Part shown: piece by piece, positions 19,322 to 29,365 of the stretch
Layout of the letters: each line of letters opens with the position of its first letter
How positions within the stretch are numbered: position 1 is the stretch's first letter
Source of the DNA: a virus
Lineage: Duplodnaviria; Caudoviricetes
IMG/VR virus record: IMGVR_UViG_3300036900_000129
Span: 1 to 57,729 of that record
Reading direction: 5' to 3' (one strand)
Length of the DNA stretch: 57,729 nucleotides
Made by a program: the position numbers and the translations under genes
Notes under the pieces: model-generated
Databases searched by the model: none
Told to the model about the DNA's origin: nothing
What the model saw: only the letters and a program-made list of their open reading frames with translations

Positions 19322-19865
19322 CCCGGCAGCCCTCGCCCTGGGGCCGGGGATGCTTTTCCTCGGCCCGCTCGGCACCACCGAGCCGAGTGACCTGACCACG
19401 GACTGGACAGTGGTGTCGGCAGCCTGGGTGATGCTCGGCTACACCGACGCCGGGTCTGAGTTCAAGTACAGCACCAGCACCGACGCGGTTGAGGTCGCGG
19501 AGGAACTGGACCCGATCAGCAACGAGGCCACCAGCAGGACCGGCATGGTGTCGTTCGCGCTGGCTGAGATGACCGCCTCCAACCTGAAGCGGGCCATGAA
19601 CGGCGGCACGATCACCAGCGGCACCGGCATCGTCACGTTCGAGCCGCCTGACCTGGGTGACGTGGTGCGCTGCATGCTCGGCTTCGAGTCTGAGGACGGC
19701 ACCGAGCGGTGGGTGTGGCGGCAGTGCTTCCAGAACGGCGACACCACCATCACCCGCGCCAAGGGCGCGTCGAAGGCGACGATCTCCTGCCAGTTCGCAC
19801 TGGAGAAGCCCGCGACCGGCGCGAAGCTCTACAAGGCCATCATGGCTGCGCCGCTGCGCGCATAA
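19305..19865 (+). CDS. Major tail protein
   Basis: LGYTDAG..F motif, size and position before the chaperone and tape measure. Confidence 0.85.
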   Translation: MTTRGNPAALALGPGMLFLGPLGTTEPSDLTTDWTVVSAAWVMLGYTDAGSEFKYSTSTDAVEVAEELDPISNEATSRTGMVSFALAEMTASNLKRAMNGGTITSGTGIVTFEPPDLGDVVRCMLGFESEDGTERWVWRQCFQNGDTTITRAKGASKATISCQFALEKPATGAKLYKAIMAAPLRA

Positions 19866-19884
19866 GGGAAGGAAAGCCCGTCAC

Positions 19885-20430
19885 ATGAGGGAATTCACGT
19901 CATCTGCGCCCGCCGACTCCGAGGACGAGGAAGCGCAGGAAGAACCGCTCGCCTGGTCGTTCAGCTTCAAGCTGGACGACGAGACGTTCACCTGCTCTCT
20001 CCAGACCGAGGACGAGAGTGACGCGATGCTCGAATGGTCGGAGTTCGCGTCCGCCGCCCTGGACGGCGAGGACAGCGAGTCCCCGGCAGGGGCGGCGCTC
20101 CTGTCCAAGCTGCTGCGGCTCGCGATGCGCGGCGGGGAGTACCAGCGGTTCCGCCGGCACCTGCGGCTGCACCACACACACCCGAGTGTCCTGCTCGACA
20201 TCATCCGCGTCATCAACGAGGAGATGGAAGCAGAGGTAGCCAGGCGCACCGCGCACCCTACAAAGCGGCCGTCACCCTCATCCGCTGGGGACACGGCCCG
20301 GGGCGGGCGCACGTCGAGAGTTATCTCCTTGTCCAAGGGCGAAGGGGACGTGCAGGTGGTGCGGGAGGTGCGGGCACCGCAGGACCGCCGCCAGAAGCAG
20401 CCGAGGAGGAAAGCCGCTTCCGGGGGCTGA
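19885..20430 (+). CDS. Tail assembly chaperone (G-like)
   Basis: Between major tail and tape measure; overlapped by an open -1 frame running to 20663. Confidence 0.8.
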   Translation: MREFTSSAPADSEDEEAQEEPLAWSFSFKLDDETFTCSLQTEDESDAMLEWSEFASAALDGEDSESPAGAALLSKLLRLAMRGGEYQRFRRHLRLHHTHPSVLLDIIRVINEEMEAEVARRTAHPTKRPSPSSAGDTARGGRTSRVISLSKGEGDVQVVREVRAPQDRRQKQPRRKAASGG

Positions 20431-20663
20431 GCCTGCGGGAGCGGTGCGACGTAGCGGAGAAGGTGTGGGGTGACCTGGCTGACCGCCAGGACATGCTGCA
20501 CCTGCTCGCCGCTATAGCCAGGGGACTGCGGATGACAGGCCTGGACGGGTACGAGGCCCCGTCTGAGCAGATAGCGGACCTGTTCACCGACGAGACCGAT
20601 GACCCGGTAGCCAAGGCTGAGGAGCGCAGGTTGCACGTGATGAAAGCGACAGGAGCCCTGTAG
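20256..20663 (+). CDS. Tail assembly chaperone frameshift extension (GT-like)
   Basis: The -1 frame is open to a stop overlapping the tape measure start; no RBS of its own. Confidence 0.65.
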   Translation, partial: PYKAAVTLIRWGHGPGRAHVESYLLVQGRRGRAGGAGGAGTAGPPPEAAEEESRFRGLSLRERCDVAEKVWGDLADRQDMLHLLAAIARGLRMTGLDGYEAPSEQIADLFTDETDDPVAKAEERRLHVMKATGAL

Positions 20664-23600
20664 TGGCCGCGCTCGCTGACACGTTCCTGCGGCTGCGCGT
20701 CGATTCCACGCAGGTGCAGAAAGACGTCAGCGCCGGGGTGAAGAAAGCCGCGGAAAGCTCTGATGCCACCAGCGCCGGGCAGAAAGTCGGGAACCTGTTC
20801 GCCAGCGGCTTCAAGCAGGTCATGTCGGTTGCGCTGGCAGCCGGGCTGACAGTCGGGATCACCGCAGCGTTCGCCACCGCCATCAAGGGGGCCAGCGAGT
20901 TCGGCGCCAGCATGGAGATGGTGCACACCCAGGCGGGGGCATCGCAGGCGTCGGTTGAGTCGTTGTCGAAGTCGATCCTGGCGCTCGGCGGGAAGGTGCA
21001 GCAGACCCCGGTTGAGCTGGCCAACGCCATGTTCCACCTCAAGTCGGTGGGCCTGGACGACGCCGACGCGATGAAGGCGCTGCAAACCGCGAGCAACCTC
21101 GCGGCGGTCGGCGGGGCCAACCTGGAAGACACGACTAACGCGCTGGCCGGGGCGTGGCGGTCCGGTATCAACGGGGCACAGAGCTTCTCCCAGGCAGCCG
21201 GTACCGTCAACGCGATCATCGGTGCCGGCAACATGCGGATGCAGGACTTCGTGTCCGCGATCGGCACCGGCATCCTGCCGGCCGCCAAGTCATTCGGCCT
21301 GTCGCTGTCTCAGGTAGGCGCGGCGCTGGCCCTGATGACGGACGAGGGCATCCCCGCCGTTGACGCCGCTACCCGGCTGCGGATGTCGTTCTCGCTGCTG
21401 GCCGCGCCGTCCGGGGCGGCCGACAAGCAACTGGCGAAGATCGGGCTGTCCGGGCTTGACCTGGCCAACGCGATGCGCAGCCCGTCCGGGCTCATCGGCG
21501 CGATCTCACTGCTCAAGCAGCACCTTGACGCCTCGGGGCTGAGCGCCGCCAAGCAGTCCATCCTCCTGTCGCAGGCATTCGGCGGCGGCCGGTCCAGCTC
21601 CGCGATCCTGACGCTGCTGAACAACCTGACGGTGCTGAAGCAGAAGCAGGACCAGGTAAACAGCTCAACCGGCAAGTACGGGCCTGCGGTGGCCGCGCAG
21701 CAGAAGACAGCCGCCGCCCAGTTCGCCATGCTGCGGTCACTGGCTGAGACAGTCGGGATCGAGCTGGCTAATTACCTGGTGCCGCCGCTGTCGGTGTTCG
21801 CGGGGCTGCTGGCCCGCAACATCGTGCCCGCCTTCCATGAGGTCGGGCAGCTCATGTCCGCGACAGTCGGTTACATCAAGCCGGTTTACGCGCTGCTGCG
21901 CGGCAACGCGACGGCGCTGCTGGCGGTCGCTGCGGCTGCCACGGCGGCGTTCACCGCGTTCCGGCTGTTCTCCCTGGCGCAGGTCGCGTACGCGGCGGTC
22001 TCCGGTGGCATCGTGGCGGCGATCAACGCCGTCAAGTTCGCCATGTTCGCCCTCCAGTACGCCTTCGTCACCAACCCGGTCGGCATCCTGATCCTGGCGC
22101 TCGTGGCACTGGGTGCCGCGCTCGTGGTGCTGTGGGAACGGAGCAGCACTTTCCGCAACATCGTGGAAGGGGCCTGGCGGGCAGTTGAGGCCGCTGCCCT
22201 GTCAGCGTGGAACAACGGCATCAAGCCGGCCGTCAACGGGCTGATCACCGCCTACCACGCGATACTTGCCGCCTGGGGGACCGTCGCGTCGTTCTTCACC
22301 GGGGTTGCCGATGCCGTGATCGGGGCGTTCGACCGGATCAAGAACTTCGTGACCAGCAGCTTCGACAACTGGTGGAAGATCAACGGCGATGCCATCAAGG
22401 AACTGTGGCAAGGGCTGTGGCAAGACGTCGAGGCCATCTTCACCCCGGTATGGGACTTCATCACCATCGTGCTGCGGACCGGGTGGGCGCTCATCGTCGG
22501 CATGTTCCAGACTGACTGGCTCATCATCTCCACCATATGGAACACCGGCTGGGCGGTTATCTCAGCCGTGGCGCGCACCACGTGGAACCTGATCGTCATC
22601 GACGCGCGCACCGCCTGGGGCATGATCACCGCCATCTTCTCCACCGCCTGGGCGGTCATCCAGGCGGCCTGGTCAGCCGGGTGGACCACCCTCAAGGCGA
22701 TCTTCGATGTCTTCTGGTCCGCCGTCGAAACTGTCGTCAAGGTGGCCTGGGACGTGATCGTCGGCCTGTTCGGCATCGCGATCAACCTGCTGACCGGGCA
22801 CTGGCATGACGCCTGGCTGGACCTCCAGAACATGGTCATCCAGGTGTGGAACGCCATCAACGCGTTCCTCCGCACCGCCCTGGGGGCGGCTGAGTCCATC
22901 ATGCAGGCCGGGTGGAACGCCATCGACACCAGCGCACGCGCTGTGTGGAACGGCATCCAGTCGTTCTTCGGTGCCTGGTGGAACGGCGTCCGGGCCACGT
23001 TCTCAACCGCTGTCAGCGGCATCGGGGCGGTCCTGTCGGCAGCGTGGAACGGCATCTCGCGGGTCGCCCAGGATGCCTTCAACGGGCTCAAGTCGGCGCT
23101 GGCCACCGTCTGGGGCGGCATCAAGGCGGTGCTGGAATCACCGATCGTCGCCGTGGTCAACGCGGTTATCAACCCGTTCATCAGCGGGATCGACACGGTG
23201 CTGTCCTGGGTCGGGCTTCCAGGCATTCCGAAGATCCCGGGCCTTGCAGCAGGCGGCATGGTGCACGCGATGATCGGCGGCGGGCGGCTGCCCGGGTACG
23301 GCGGCGGTGACCGCCGGCTGATCATGGCTGAGGACGGCGAGACGGTGGTGTCCAAGAGCACCAGCCGGGCGATGGCACCCTTGTTCAGCATCTTCGGGGT
23401 GCCCGGGTACGCAGGCGGCGGCATCATCGGGGACATCATCGGGGCGATCCCCGGCGCGTCTGCGGTGGTGGACGCAGCGAAGTTCGTCAGCGGTGACGTG
23501 CTCAGCGCCCTGAACTTCATCAGTAACGCTGCAAGCTCGATCGGTGCGGCGGTCGGTTCCGGGCACTGGGCGTCCGTGGTCGGCCAGGTTGCCGAGAAGG

Positions 23601-24334
23601 TGGTCACCGCGCCTGTCTCGAAGATCGAGGGGCTGGTCAAGAGCAAGATCGTCGGGCCGATCACGTCGTTCCTCAAGAGCCTGGTCACGACCGCGCCTGG
23701 CACCACCAGGGCTGGCGTGTCCAACGCGTCGGCGCTGGCTGCGCTCCAGTCCGCAGCTGCCAAGCTGGGGTGGACAGGTGCTGAGTGGGCGGCGCTGAAC
23801 AACGTGGAGATGGCCGAGGCCGGCTATAACCTCACCGCCACCAACCCGCAGTCGGGTGCGTACGGCATGGCCCAGTTCATCCAGGGTGCAGCGGAGTACG
23901 CGCAGTACGGCGGGGACAGCACTACGCCGGCCGGGCAGGCGACCGCGATGGTCAACTACATAGCCCAGCGGTACGGCGACCCTATCGCGGCGTGGGCTCA
24001 TGAGCAGCAATTCCACTGGTACCGGAAGGGCGGGGCGATTGGCCGGCCGTGGCGCAGGTACGCCAACGGCGGCGGCATCCCTGAGCCGGTCATCGGGCTG
24101 GGTGCGCGCAGCGGCGCAGGATACGAGTTCCATCAGGGTGAGGAAGTGGCCAGCACCGCGAGCCTGGCCCGCACCAGCGACCAGTTGGAACGGCTGATCA
24201 ACGCGGTTAACCAGCTGAACGGCACGACCGCAGGGGTGGCACGCGGGGTTGGCCGCAGCGTCGGCGGCGCACTGAACCAGACGGCAGGAGACGCGTCGTT
24301 CGCGTCCCGTTACCCACGAGGGGCTAGCTGGTAA
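20663..24334 (+). CDS. Tape measure protein with C-terminal lytic transglycosylase-like domain
   Basis: 1223 aa, Trp-periodic repeats, EAGYN..ATNPQSGAYGMAQF..YI..RYG motif. Confidence 0.93.
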   Translation: MAALADTFLRLRVDSTQVQKDVSAGVKKAAESSDATSAGQKVGNLFASGFKQVMSVALAAGLTVGITAAFATAIKGASEFGASMEMVHTQAGASQASVESLSKSILALGGKVQQTPVELANAMFHLKSVGLDDADAMKALQTASNLAAVGGANLEDTTNALAGAWRSGINGAQSFSQAAGTVNAIIGAGNMRMQDFVSAIGTGILPAAKSFGLSLSQVGAALALMTDEGIPAVDAATRLRMSFSLLAAPSGAADKQLAKIGLSGLDLANAMRSPSGLIGAISLLKQHLDASGLSAAKQSILLSQAFGGGRSSSAILTLLNNLTVLKQKQDQVNSSTGKYGPAVAAQQKTAAAQFAMLRSLAETVGIELANYLVPPLSVFAGLLARNIVPAFHEVGQLMSATVGYIKPVYALLRGNATALLAVAAAATAAFTAFRLFSLAQVAYAAVSGGIVAAINAVKFAMFALQYAFVTNPVGILILALVALGAALVVLWERSSTFRNIVEGAWRAVEAAALSAWNNGIKPAVNGLITAYHAILAAWGTVASFFTGVADAVIGAFDRIKNFVTSSFDNWWKINGDAIKELWQGLWQDVEAIFTPVWDFITIVLRTGWALIVGMFQTDWLIISTIWNTGWAVISAVARTTWNLIVIDARTAWGMITAIFSTAWAVIQAAWSAGWTTLKAIFDVFWSAVETVVKVAWDVIVGLFGIAINLLTGHWHDAWLDLQNMVIQVWNAINAFLRTALGAAESIMQAGWNAIDTSARAVWNGIQSFFGAWWNGVRATFSTAVSGIGAVLSAAWNGISRVAQDAFNGLKSALATVWGGIKAVLESPIVAVVNAVINPFISGIDTVLSWVGLPGIPKIPGLAAGGMVHAMIGGGRLPGYGGGDRRLIMAEDGETVVSKSTSRAMAPLFSIFGVPGYAGGGIIGDIIGAIPGASAVVDAAKFVSGDVLSALNFISNAASSIGAAVGSGHWASVVGQVAEKVVTAPVSKIEGLVKSKIVGPITSFLKSLVTTAPGTTRAGVSNASALAALQSAAAKLGWTGAEWAALNNVEMAEAGYNLTATNPQSGAYGMAQFIQGAAEYAQYGGDSTTPAGQATAMVNYIAQRYGDPIAAWAHEQQFHWYRKGGAIGRPWRRYANGGGIPEPVIGLGARSGAGYEFHQGEEVASTASLARTSDQLERLINAVNQLNGTTAGVARGVGRSVGGALNQTAGDASFASRYPRGASW

Positions 24335-27300
24335 TGGAAAGCCTGGTCCTGAGTGACATCGAGCTGCTGGCCGGCGGCGTGCCGTCCACCAACCCGATGT
24401 GCACGGGCGCGATCTTCCGGTTGCTGCCCGGTTTTGACCCGGGGGCACCGCAACCGGACACCGACATGGTGGCGAGCCTGCTGCTTGACGGCGAGCTGAA
24501 CACGGGGGACCGGGCCAGCAACCGCACCGTTGAGCTGCCGGTGTGGATCACCGCACCTGACCGTGACACCCTCGCTGGCGCGCAGGAGCACCTACAGCAG
24601 GTTATCGACCAGGCGATGTGGACGCTGACGTGGGCACGGGAACGTGACACCACGGGCGTGCTGCCGCCGTTGCCGCTGGTGTTCGACTGCCAGCGGGCAG
24701 GCGCAACGTCAGTGGACGCGAACCTGATACGGGAAAAGCAGTTCAGCCGGCGCCTCACCATCAAGTTCCCTGCTCTCCCGTACGGCAGGAGCGACGTTCA
24801 GCAGGCACTGCGGTTCGCCAGCCCGGTGCCGTCCGGGCCGCCTGCCCCCCCGTCGCCTGTGGTGATCGACAACTATGGCACTATCAGCAGCCCCGCGTGC
24901 TCCCAGTCGAGCCTGCACGTGGTCGGCCCGAACAGCTGCGCGTACGACCCGGACGGTGTGCTGGTCAACGACCCTGGCGGGCAGACCACCATGTTCACCT
25001 ACACCGCCGTGCTGGGCAGCCAGCTGGACCTGACGGGGATGGCCAGCGTCCAGGTGTTCCTGGGGCTCGGTTCCCGCTGGTACCAGAACCTCCGCTACCA
25101 CGGCCAGGACGTGTTCCGGGTCACCCTGACGCTGACGGACGCCAACGAGAAGACGGTCAGCCTGACCAGGAACGACCTGATCCTGCCCGTCTCGCCGCTG
25201 CCGAACAGCCCCGTGTTCAGTCCCGTGACGCTCCGCATCCCGCCTGCAAGCACCACGTTCTCCTACACCAACGTGGCCAAGTACACCCTGACGGTCACTA
25301 ACCATCACCGTTACTCCGATCATCACCTGCGCTGGGTGACGCTGTACGTGGACGCCCTGACCGCTTACCCGGACACCCAGACGGTAGCCCCGGTGACACG
25401 GGGCAACGTCATCACGATGTACAACCTGCGGGGTACAGCCAGGGCGGCAATGTCAGCGTCCTTCACGCAGCCGCCGTCCCCGGGCACGCCGACGACGGTC
25501 ACCGCAGCCGGGCTGGGAAGCTACACAAGCCCTGTTGGCGCAGCCTGGATCAAGGTGGAGGTTGTCGGCGGCGGCGCCCCGGGCGGCAGCCGCACCACAG
25601 CGGGGATGGGCGGCGGCGGCGGCGGCGCCGAGTACGCGCGTGAGGACGTTTTCCCCGTTAACAGCGCCGGGGAGGTCATCAACTACTCAGTCGGCACAGG
25701 CGGGACCGCCGGCGCGACGCCAACAGACGGGCAGCAGACCAGTTTCGGGCCGGGGTCGCAGTCAACGATGACGGTGACAGCGAACGGCGGGCGGGCAGCG
25801 CAGCAGAACAGCACAGCCGGGGGGCTCGGAGGGACCGGTTCCACTAACAGCGTGCATCATGACGGCGGCAAGGGCCGGGATGCGACAGGCTCGTTCGGCG
25901 GCGGCGGCGGCGGGTCAGGCGGTTCCAGCAGCCCCGGTAACACGCCCCTGGGGTCAGCGAGCACTTCCTATACCACGGCTGGCACCACGTCGTTTACCGC
26001 CCCGGCTGGCGTCACGCAGGTGTACGCGGAAGCATGGGCCGGGGCCGGGTCGGCGGGTACCGGGTGGAACGGCGGCGGCAACGGGCAGGGCGGCGGCGGC
26101 GGCGAGTACGCAGCCGCGTACATCCCCGTCACCCCCGGTAACAGTTACACCGTCGTCGTCGGTGCCGGCGGTGCAGCGGTAACCGGGTCGCAGCTCAACG
26201 GCAACAGCGGCGGGAACAGCTCATTCACCGGTGACGGCGGGCAGGCGGTGACCGCGCACGGCGGCGGCCGGGGCCTGGCAGCTAACAACACCAGCAGCCC
26301 GAACAACGGCGGTACCGGTTCCAGCAACACGGTCCACTACAACGGCGGGTCAGGCGGCCCGTCTAACCCGTACGGCGGCGGCGGCGGCTCGTCAGCTTCA
26401 CCGTCCGGTCCCGGTAACCCTGGTGACGGGTACAGCAACGCGGGCGCTGGCCCTACAGACGGCGGCGCTGGCGGGCGCGGGTCCGGTGCGACAAGCAACA
26501 ACGGGTCGAACGGAACCCAGCCGGGCGGCGGCGGCGGCGGCACGTACCTCCCGGCCACCTCTGGCGCCGGCGCACCCGGGAAGGTCCGGCTTACCTTCCC
26601 GGGCGGCAGCCCGGACCAGTTCGGTGCCCCGGCTGTGACCGGTGGCGGTGCGGGCGGGAACGGCGGGGCGACGGCTAACTCAGCCGGCTCAGCTGGTGCG
26701 CAGCCGGGCGGCGGCGGCGGCGGCGCGAACAGCACGGGCACCGCGGAAAGCGGCGCAGCCGGCGGGAACGGGAAGATCACCATAACCCCGTACACGCCTG
26801 CGGCCTTCAAGTCGCTGCTGGTGCACCGGCCGCCGCGCGGGGCCAGCAAGTACTTCCAGCCGCTCGTATCGGTCGGGGCTGGCGCGGACGTGCCGAACGG
26901 GAGCACCTGGTACACCTTCCCGCAGCCGGTAAGCGGCGTGAACGCGCGGCTGAGCGGCACGTTCACCTGCTACCTGATCAACAGCAGCTTCAACGGGTCA
27001 GGCAGCCGCACGGTGACGGTGACGTTCCGGCAGACGGAGTACACAGGCGGCCCTACCTACACCACGCCCACCGTCCCGGTGTCGTTCACGCCGGCGTCGA
27101 TCGTCAACGGTGTCCTCATGGCCGGGACGGTGACGCTGCCGGTGAAGAAGATCCCACCGGACAACACCCAGGCCAGCTTCGCGGTGAGCGTCACTGACAC
27201 CAACACGAGCGACAGGTGGCTCGACCTGATCCTGGTTGACAGCCTCGGGCAGCTCGTGTTCATCAACGAGCCCACCACCGGCTACCCCATCTACTACCTG

Positions 27301-27531
27301 GACGCCCCGAACCCGGACCGCAGGCTGGGGGACATCCTGGGCTCCCAGAGCGACCGCAGCGCAGCGGTGAGCGTGATGGACCAGATGACCGCCTGGTCAG
27401 GCGGGCCGCTGTCGGTTGAGCCGGCGGACGGGCAGAACATGCTGTTCGTCTACTGTCCCGGGGCGCTGGCACCCAACGTCGGGGTCACTTACTTTGACAC
27501 CTACTACTTTGACCGGACGAAGGAGAGCTAG
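24334..27531 (+). CDS. Minor tail protein with glycine-rich domains
   Basis: Follows the tape measure; two GGGGGxEYA modules and poly-Gly tracts. Confidence 0.85.
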   Translation: MESLVLSDIELLAGGVPSTNPMCTGAIFRLLPGFDPGAPQPDTDMVASLLLDGELNTGDRASNRTVELPVWITAPDRDTLAGAQEHLQQVIDQAMWTLTWARERDTTGVLPPLPLVFDCQRAGATSVDANLIREKQFSRRLTIKFPALPYGRSDVQQALRFASPVPSGPPAPPSPVVIDNYGTISSPACSQSSLHVVGPNSCAYDPDGVLVNDPGGQTTMFTYTAVLGSQLDLTGMASVQVFLGLGSRWYQNLRYHGQDVFRVTLTLTDANEKTVSLTRNDLILPVSPLPNSPVFSPVTLRIPPASTTFSYTNVAKYTLTVTNHHRYSDHHLRWVTLYVDALTAYPDTQTVAPVTRGNVITMYNLRGTARAAMSASFTQPPSPGTPTTVTAAGLGSYTSPVGAAWIKVEVVGGGAPGGSRTTAGMGGGGGGAEYAREDVFPVNSAGEVINYSVGTGGTAGATPTDGQQTSFGPGSQSTMTVTANGGRAAQQNSTAGGLGGTGSTNSVHHDGGKGRDATGSFGGGGGGSGGSSSPGNTPLGSASTSYTTAGTTSFTAPAGVTQVYAEAWAGAGSAGTGWNGGGNGQGGGGGEYAAAYIPVTPGNSYTVVVGAGGAAVTGSQLNGNSGGNSSFTGDGGQAVTAHGGGRGLAANNTSSPNNGGTGSSNTVHYNGGSGGPSNPYGGGGGSSASPSGPGNPGDGYSNAGAGPTDGGAGGRGSGATSNNGSNGTQPGGGGGGTYLPATSGAGAPGKVRLTFPGGSPDQFGAPAVTGGGAGGNGGATANSAGSAGAQPGGGGGGANSTGTAESGAAGGNGKITITPYTPAAFKSLLVHRPPRGASKYFQPLVSVGAGADVPNGSTWYTFPQPVSGVNARLSGTFTCYLINSSFNGSGSRTVTVTFRQTEYTGGPTYTTPTVPVSFTPASIVNGVLMAGTVTLPVKKIPPDNTQASFAVSVTDTNTSDRWLDLILVDSLGQLVFINEPTTGYPIYYLDAPNPDRRLGDILGSQSDRSAAVSVMDQMTAWSGGPLSVEPADGQNMLFVYCPGALAPNVGVTYFDTYYFDRTKES

Positions 27532-28083
27532 ATGCGCCGGCAGCTGTTCAGCCTGCTCATATCCCGCGTGCGGCTGCTGCTGCTGTGCGGTTTCATCGAG
27601 GAGATCGGTCACTGGCTGGGAGTCAGCTGGGCGGTTACCCTGGCGGCGTTCCTCGTCGGGGTCACCGGTCTCCGCATGTCCAGCGCGACAGCGCAGGTCA
27701 AGGCGGCGCACCAGCGGATCGATGCGCTGGTGCCCGCTGTGGGTACCGCCCAGTCCACGGCGAACAGCGCGTCGTCGGCTGCCAGCACGGCGCAGAGCAC
27801 GGCGAACAGCGCCCAGTCCACGGCGAACAACTGCCTGCCGCTGAGCGGCGGCACGCTTACCGGGGCGCTCACCGTCAACGGCAACATCAAGTCGCACTCG
27901 GACCTGCTGGCTGACGGCACCGTGTACGTCAACAGTTCCAGCCTTCCCCTTAACATCCCGCAGGCCCGCGCCACCGGCCTGACGGCGGCACCGAGCAGCT
28001 ATAACCAGACGTGGGGCGGCACGGTGGTCAGCGCGATCACGCAGCTCAACACGAACATACAGGCTGCGAACGTGCTGACCTGA
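27532..28083 (+). CDS. Short fibre-like protein with hydrophobic N-terminus
   Basis: AAGGAG RBS; AQSTANS heptads; LPLSGGTLTGAL fibre motif. Confidence 0.65.
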   Translation: MRRQLFSLLISRVRLLLLCGFIEEIGHWLGVSWAVTLAAFLVGVTGLRMSSATAQVKAAHQRIDALVPAVGTAQSTANSASSAASTAQSTANSAQSTANNCLPLSGGTLTGALTVNGNIKSHSDLLADGTVYVNSSSLPLNIPQARATGLTAAPSSYNQTWGGTVVSAITQLNTNIQAANVLT

Positions 28084-29210
28084 TGACTAGTTACCCGCGT
28101 GCCGGCACCACGCAGATGCTGCTGACCCCGCCGAACGGCGGCCAGTCGTACTGGCTCGGCGCGCAGGGCCTCACCACCGGTATCAAGTACAGCACCGTCT
28201 ACTCAGGGGGACCGGAGAAAGCCAGCGTCACCCTTTTCAAGCCGGCCCGGTTCCGTGCTGAGTGGATGGTGACGGACAGCCGCGTGCAGCTGTACCGGGG
28301 CGGGGCGCGGATCTGGGACGGGAACCTTGACCTGCCGCAGCCGGGAGTGGGCCAGTGGACGCTGACGGCGGCGGGCGTCGGGGTGCAGGGCGCGGACTTC
28401 GCCGCTGTCTACACCGACCCGTGGCCGACCAGCGAACCGGATGAGGTGGTGAACAACGCGATCGGCAGGGGGTTGCCGTGGGTTAACCCCGGCATCGGGT
28501 CTCCCTCGGGGATCTGGCTGGGGCAGGCCCCGGACAGCGGGTCCAGTTACGTCAACGACGTGCTGAACAGCGCCTGCACCCGTGGGGGGCTCGGCTGGTA
28601 CGTCAACAGCTTCAACGGCGGGGCGATCGGGAACGTCCTGTCGGTGGCGGCGCTGCCGGCGACGCCGACGCGGCTGCTGGTCGCGGTGAACCCGGTGCCG
28701 CGTACCAACGGCGGCGACGTGTCGCTGATCTGGATCCGCTACCAGTCGTCAGCGGACAGCACCAGCACGAGCACCCCGGCTGTCTACTCGCTGACCAGCG
28801 TGACGAACACGGGGCACAGCGGCGGCCGGGAGCAGTACCTTGACCTGAGCAACGCCGGGACGATGACGCAGGCGGCAGCGCAGGCGGTCGGGAACCAGAT
28901 CCTTAAGATTTACCAGTCCAGCAGCTTCACCAGCCCGTTCACGTTCCAGTACGGGTCGCTGCTCACCATGTCCGGTGTGCCGGTTGACCCGGGGATGGAG
29001 CAGGCCGGGTTCGTGTGCCAGCTGGTGCTGGCGGACTTCGCGTACGGCGGGGGACTGCTGCCACCCGGGCCGATCCAGTTCATCGCCGGCGTGTACGAGT
29101 GGGATGATGACGCGCTTCAGGGGTCGATCACCCCGTACCAGATGGTTGACCAGTCCATCTCGGGGCTGTTGTCGCAGACTGCGCAGTCGATGAGCGTGAC
29201 AAGCTCGTAA
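28083..29210 (+). CDS. Minor tail (hub/baseplate-like) protein
   Basis: Synteny; RVQLYRGG.RIWDG motif. Confidence 0.7.
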   Translation: MTSYPRAGTTQMLLTPPNGGQSYWLGAQGLTTGIKYSTVYSGGPEKASVTLFKPARFRAEWMVTDSRVQLYRGGARIWDGNLDLPQPGVGQWTLTAAGVGVQGADFAAVYTDPWPTSEPDEVVNNAIGRGLPWVNPGIGSPSGIWLGQAPDSGSSYVNDVLNSACTRGGLGWYVNSFNGGAIGNVLSVAALPATPTRLLVAVNPVPRTNGGDVSLIWIRYQSSADSTSTSTPAVYSLTSVTNTGHSGGREQYLDLSNAGTMTQAAAQAVGNQILKIYQSSSFTSPFTFQYGSLLTMSGVPVDPGMEQAGFVCQLVLADFAYGGGLLPPGPIQFIAGVYEWDDDALQGSITPYQMVDQSISGLLSQTAQSMSVTSS

Positions 29211-29365
29211 CGGCACGCCACGGTTTCACCGGAAGCGCCGCAAGTCGTTAGAAACCCGTGTCTCAAGAGGTCGTTAACAGCAGGACCGCGCTCCTGAACC
29301 TGGAGTAGGTTTTAGCCTGGCGCGAGCCGCCATCCCCTTACCCCGCTAGCACCCAGGAGACGGCT

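Noticed and set aside
22252-24448. Long minus-strand ORFs over the tape measure
   Set aside because: Antisense shadows from codon bias; no RBS or motifs
29211-29365. c-di-AMP (ydaO) riboswitch before the endolysin
   Set aside because: Conserved motifs of that riboswitch are not visible
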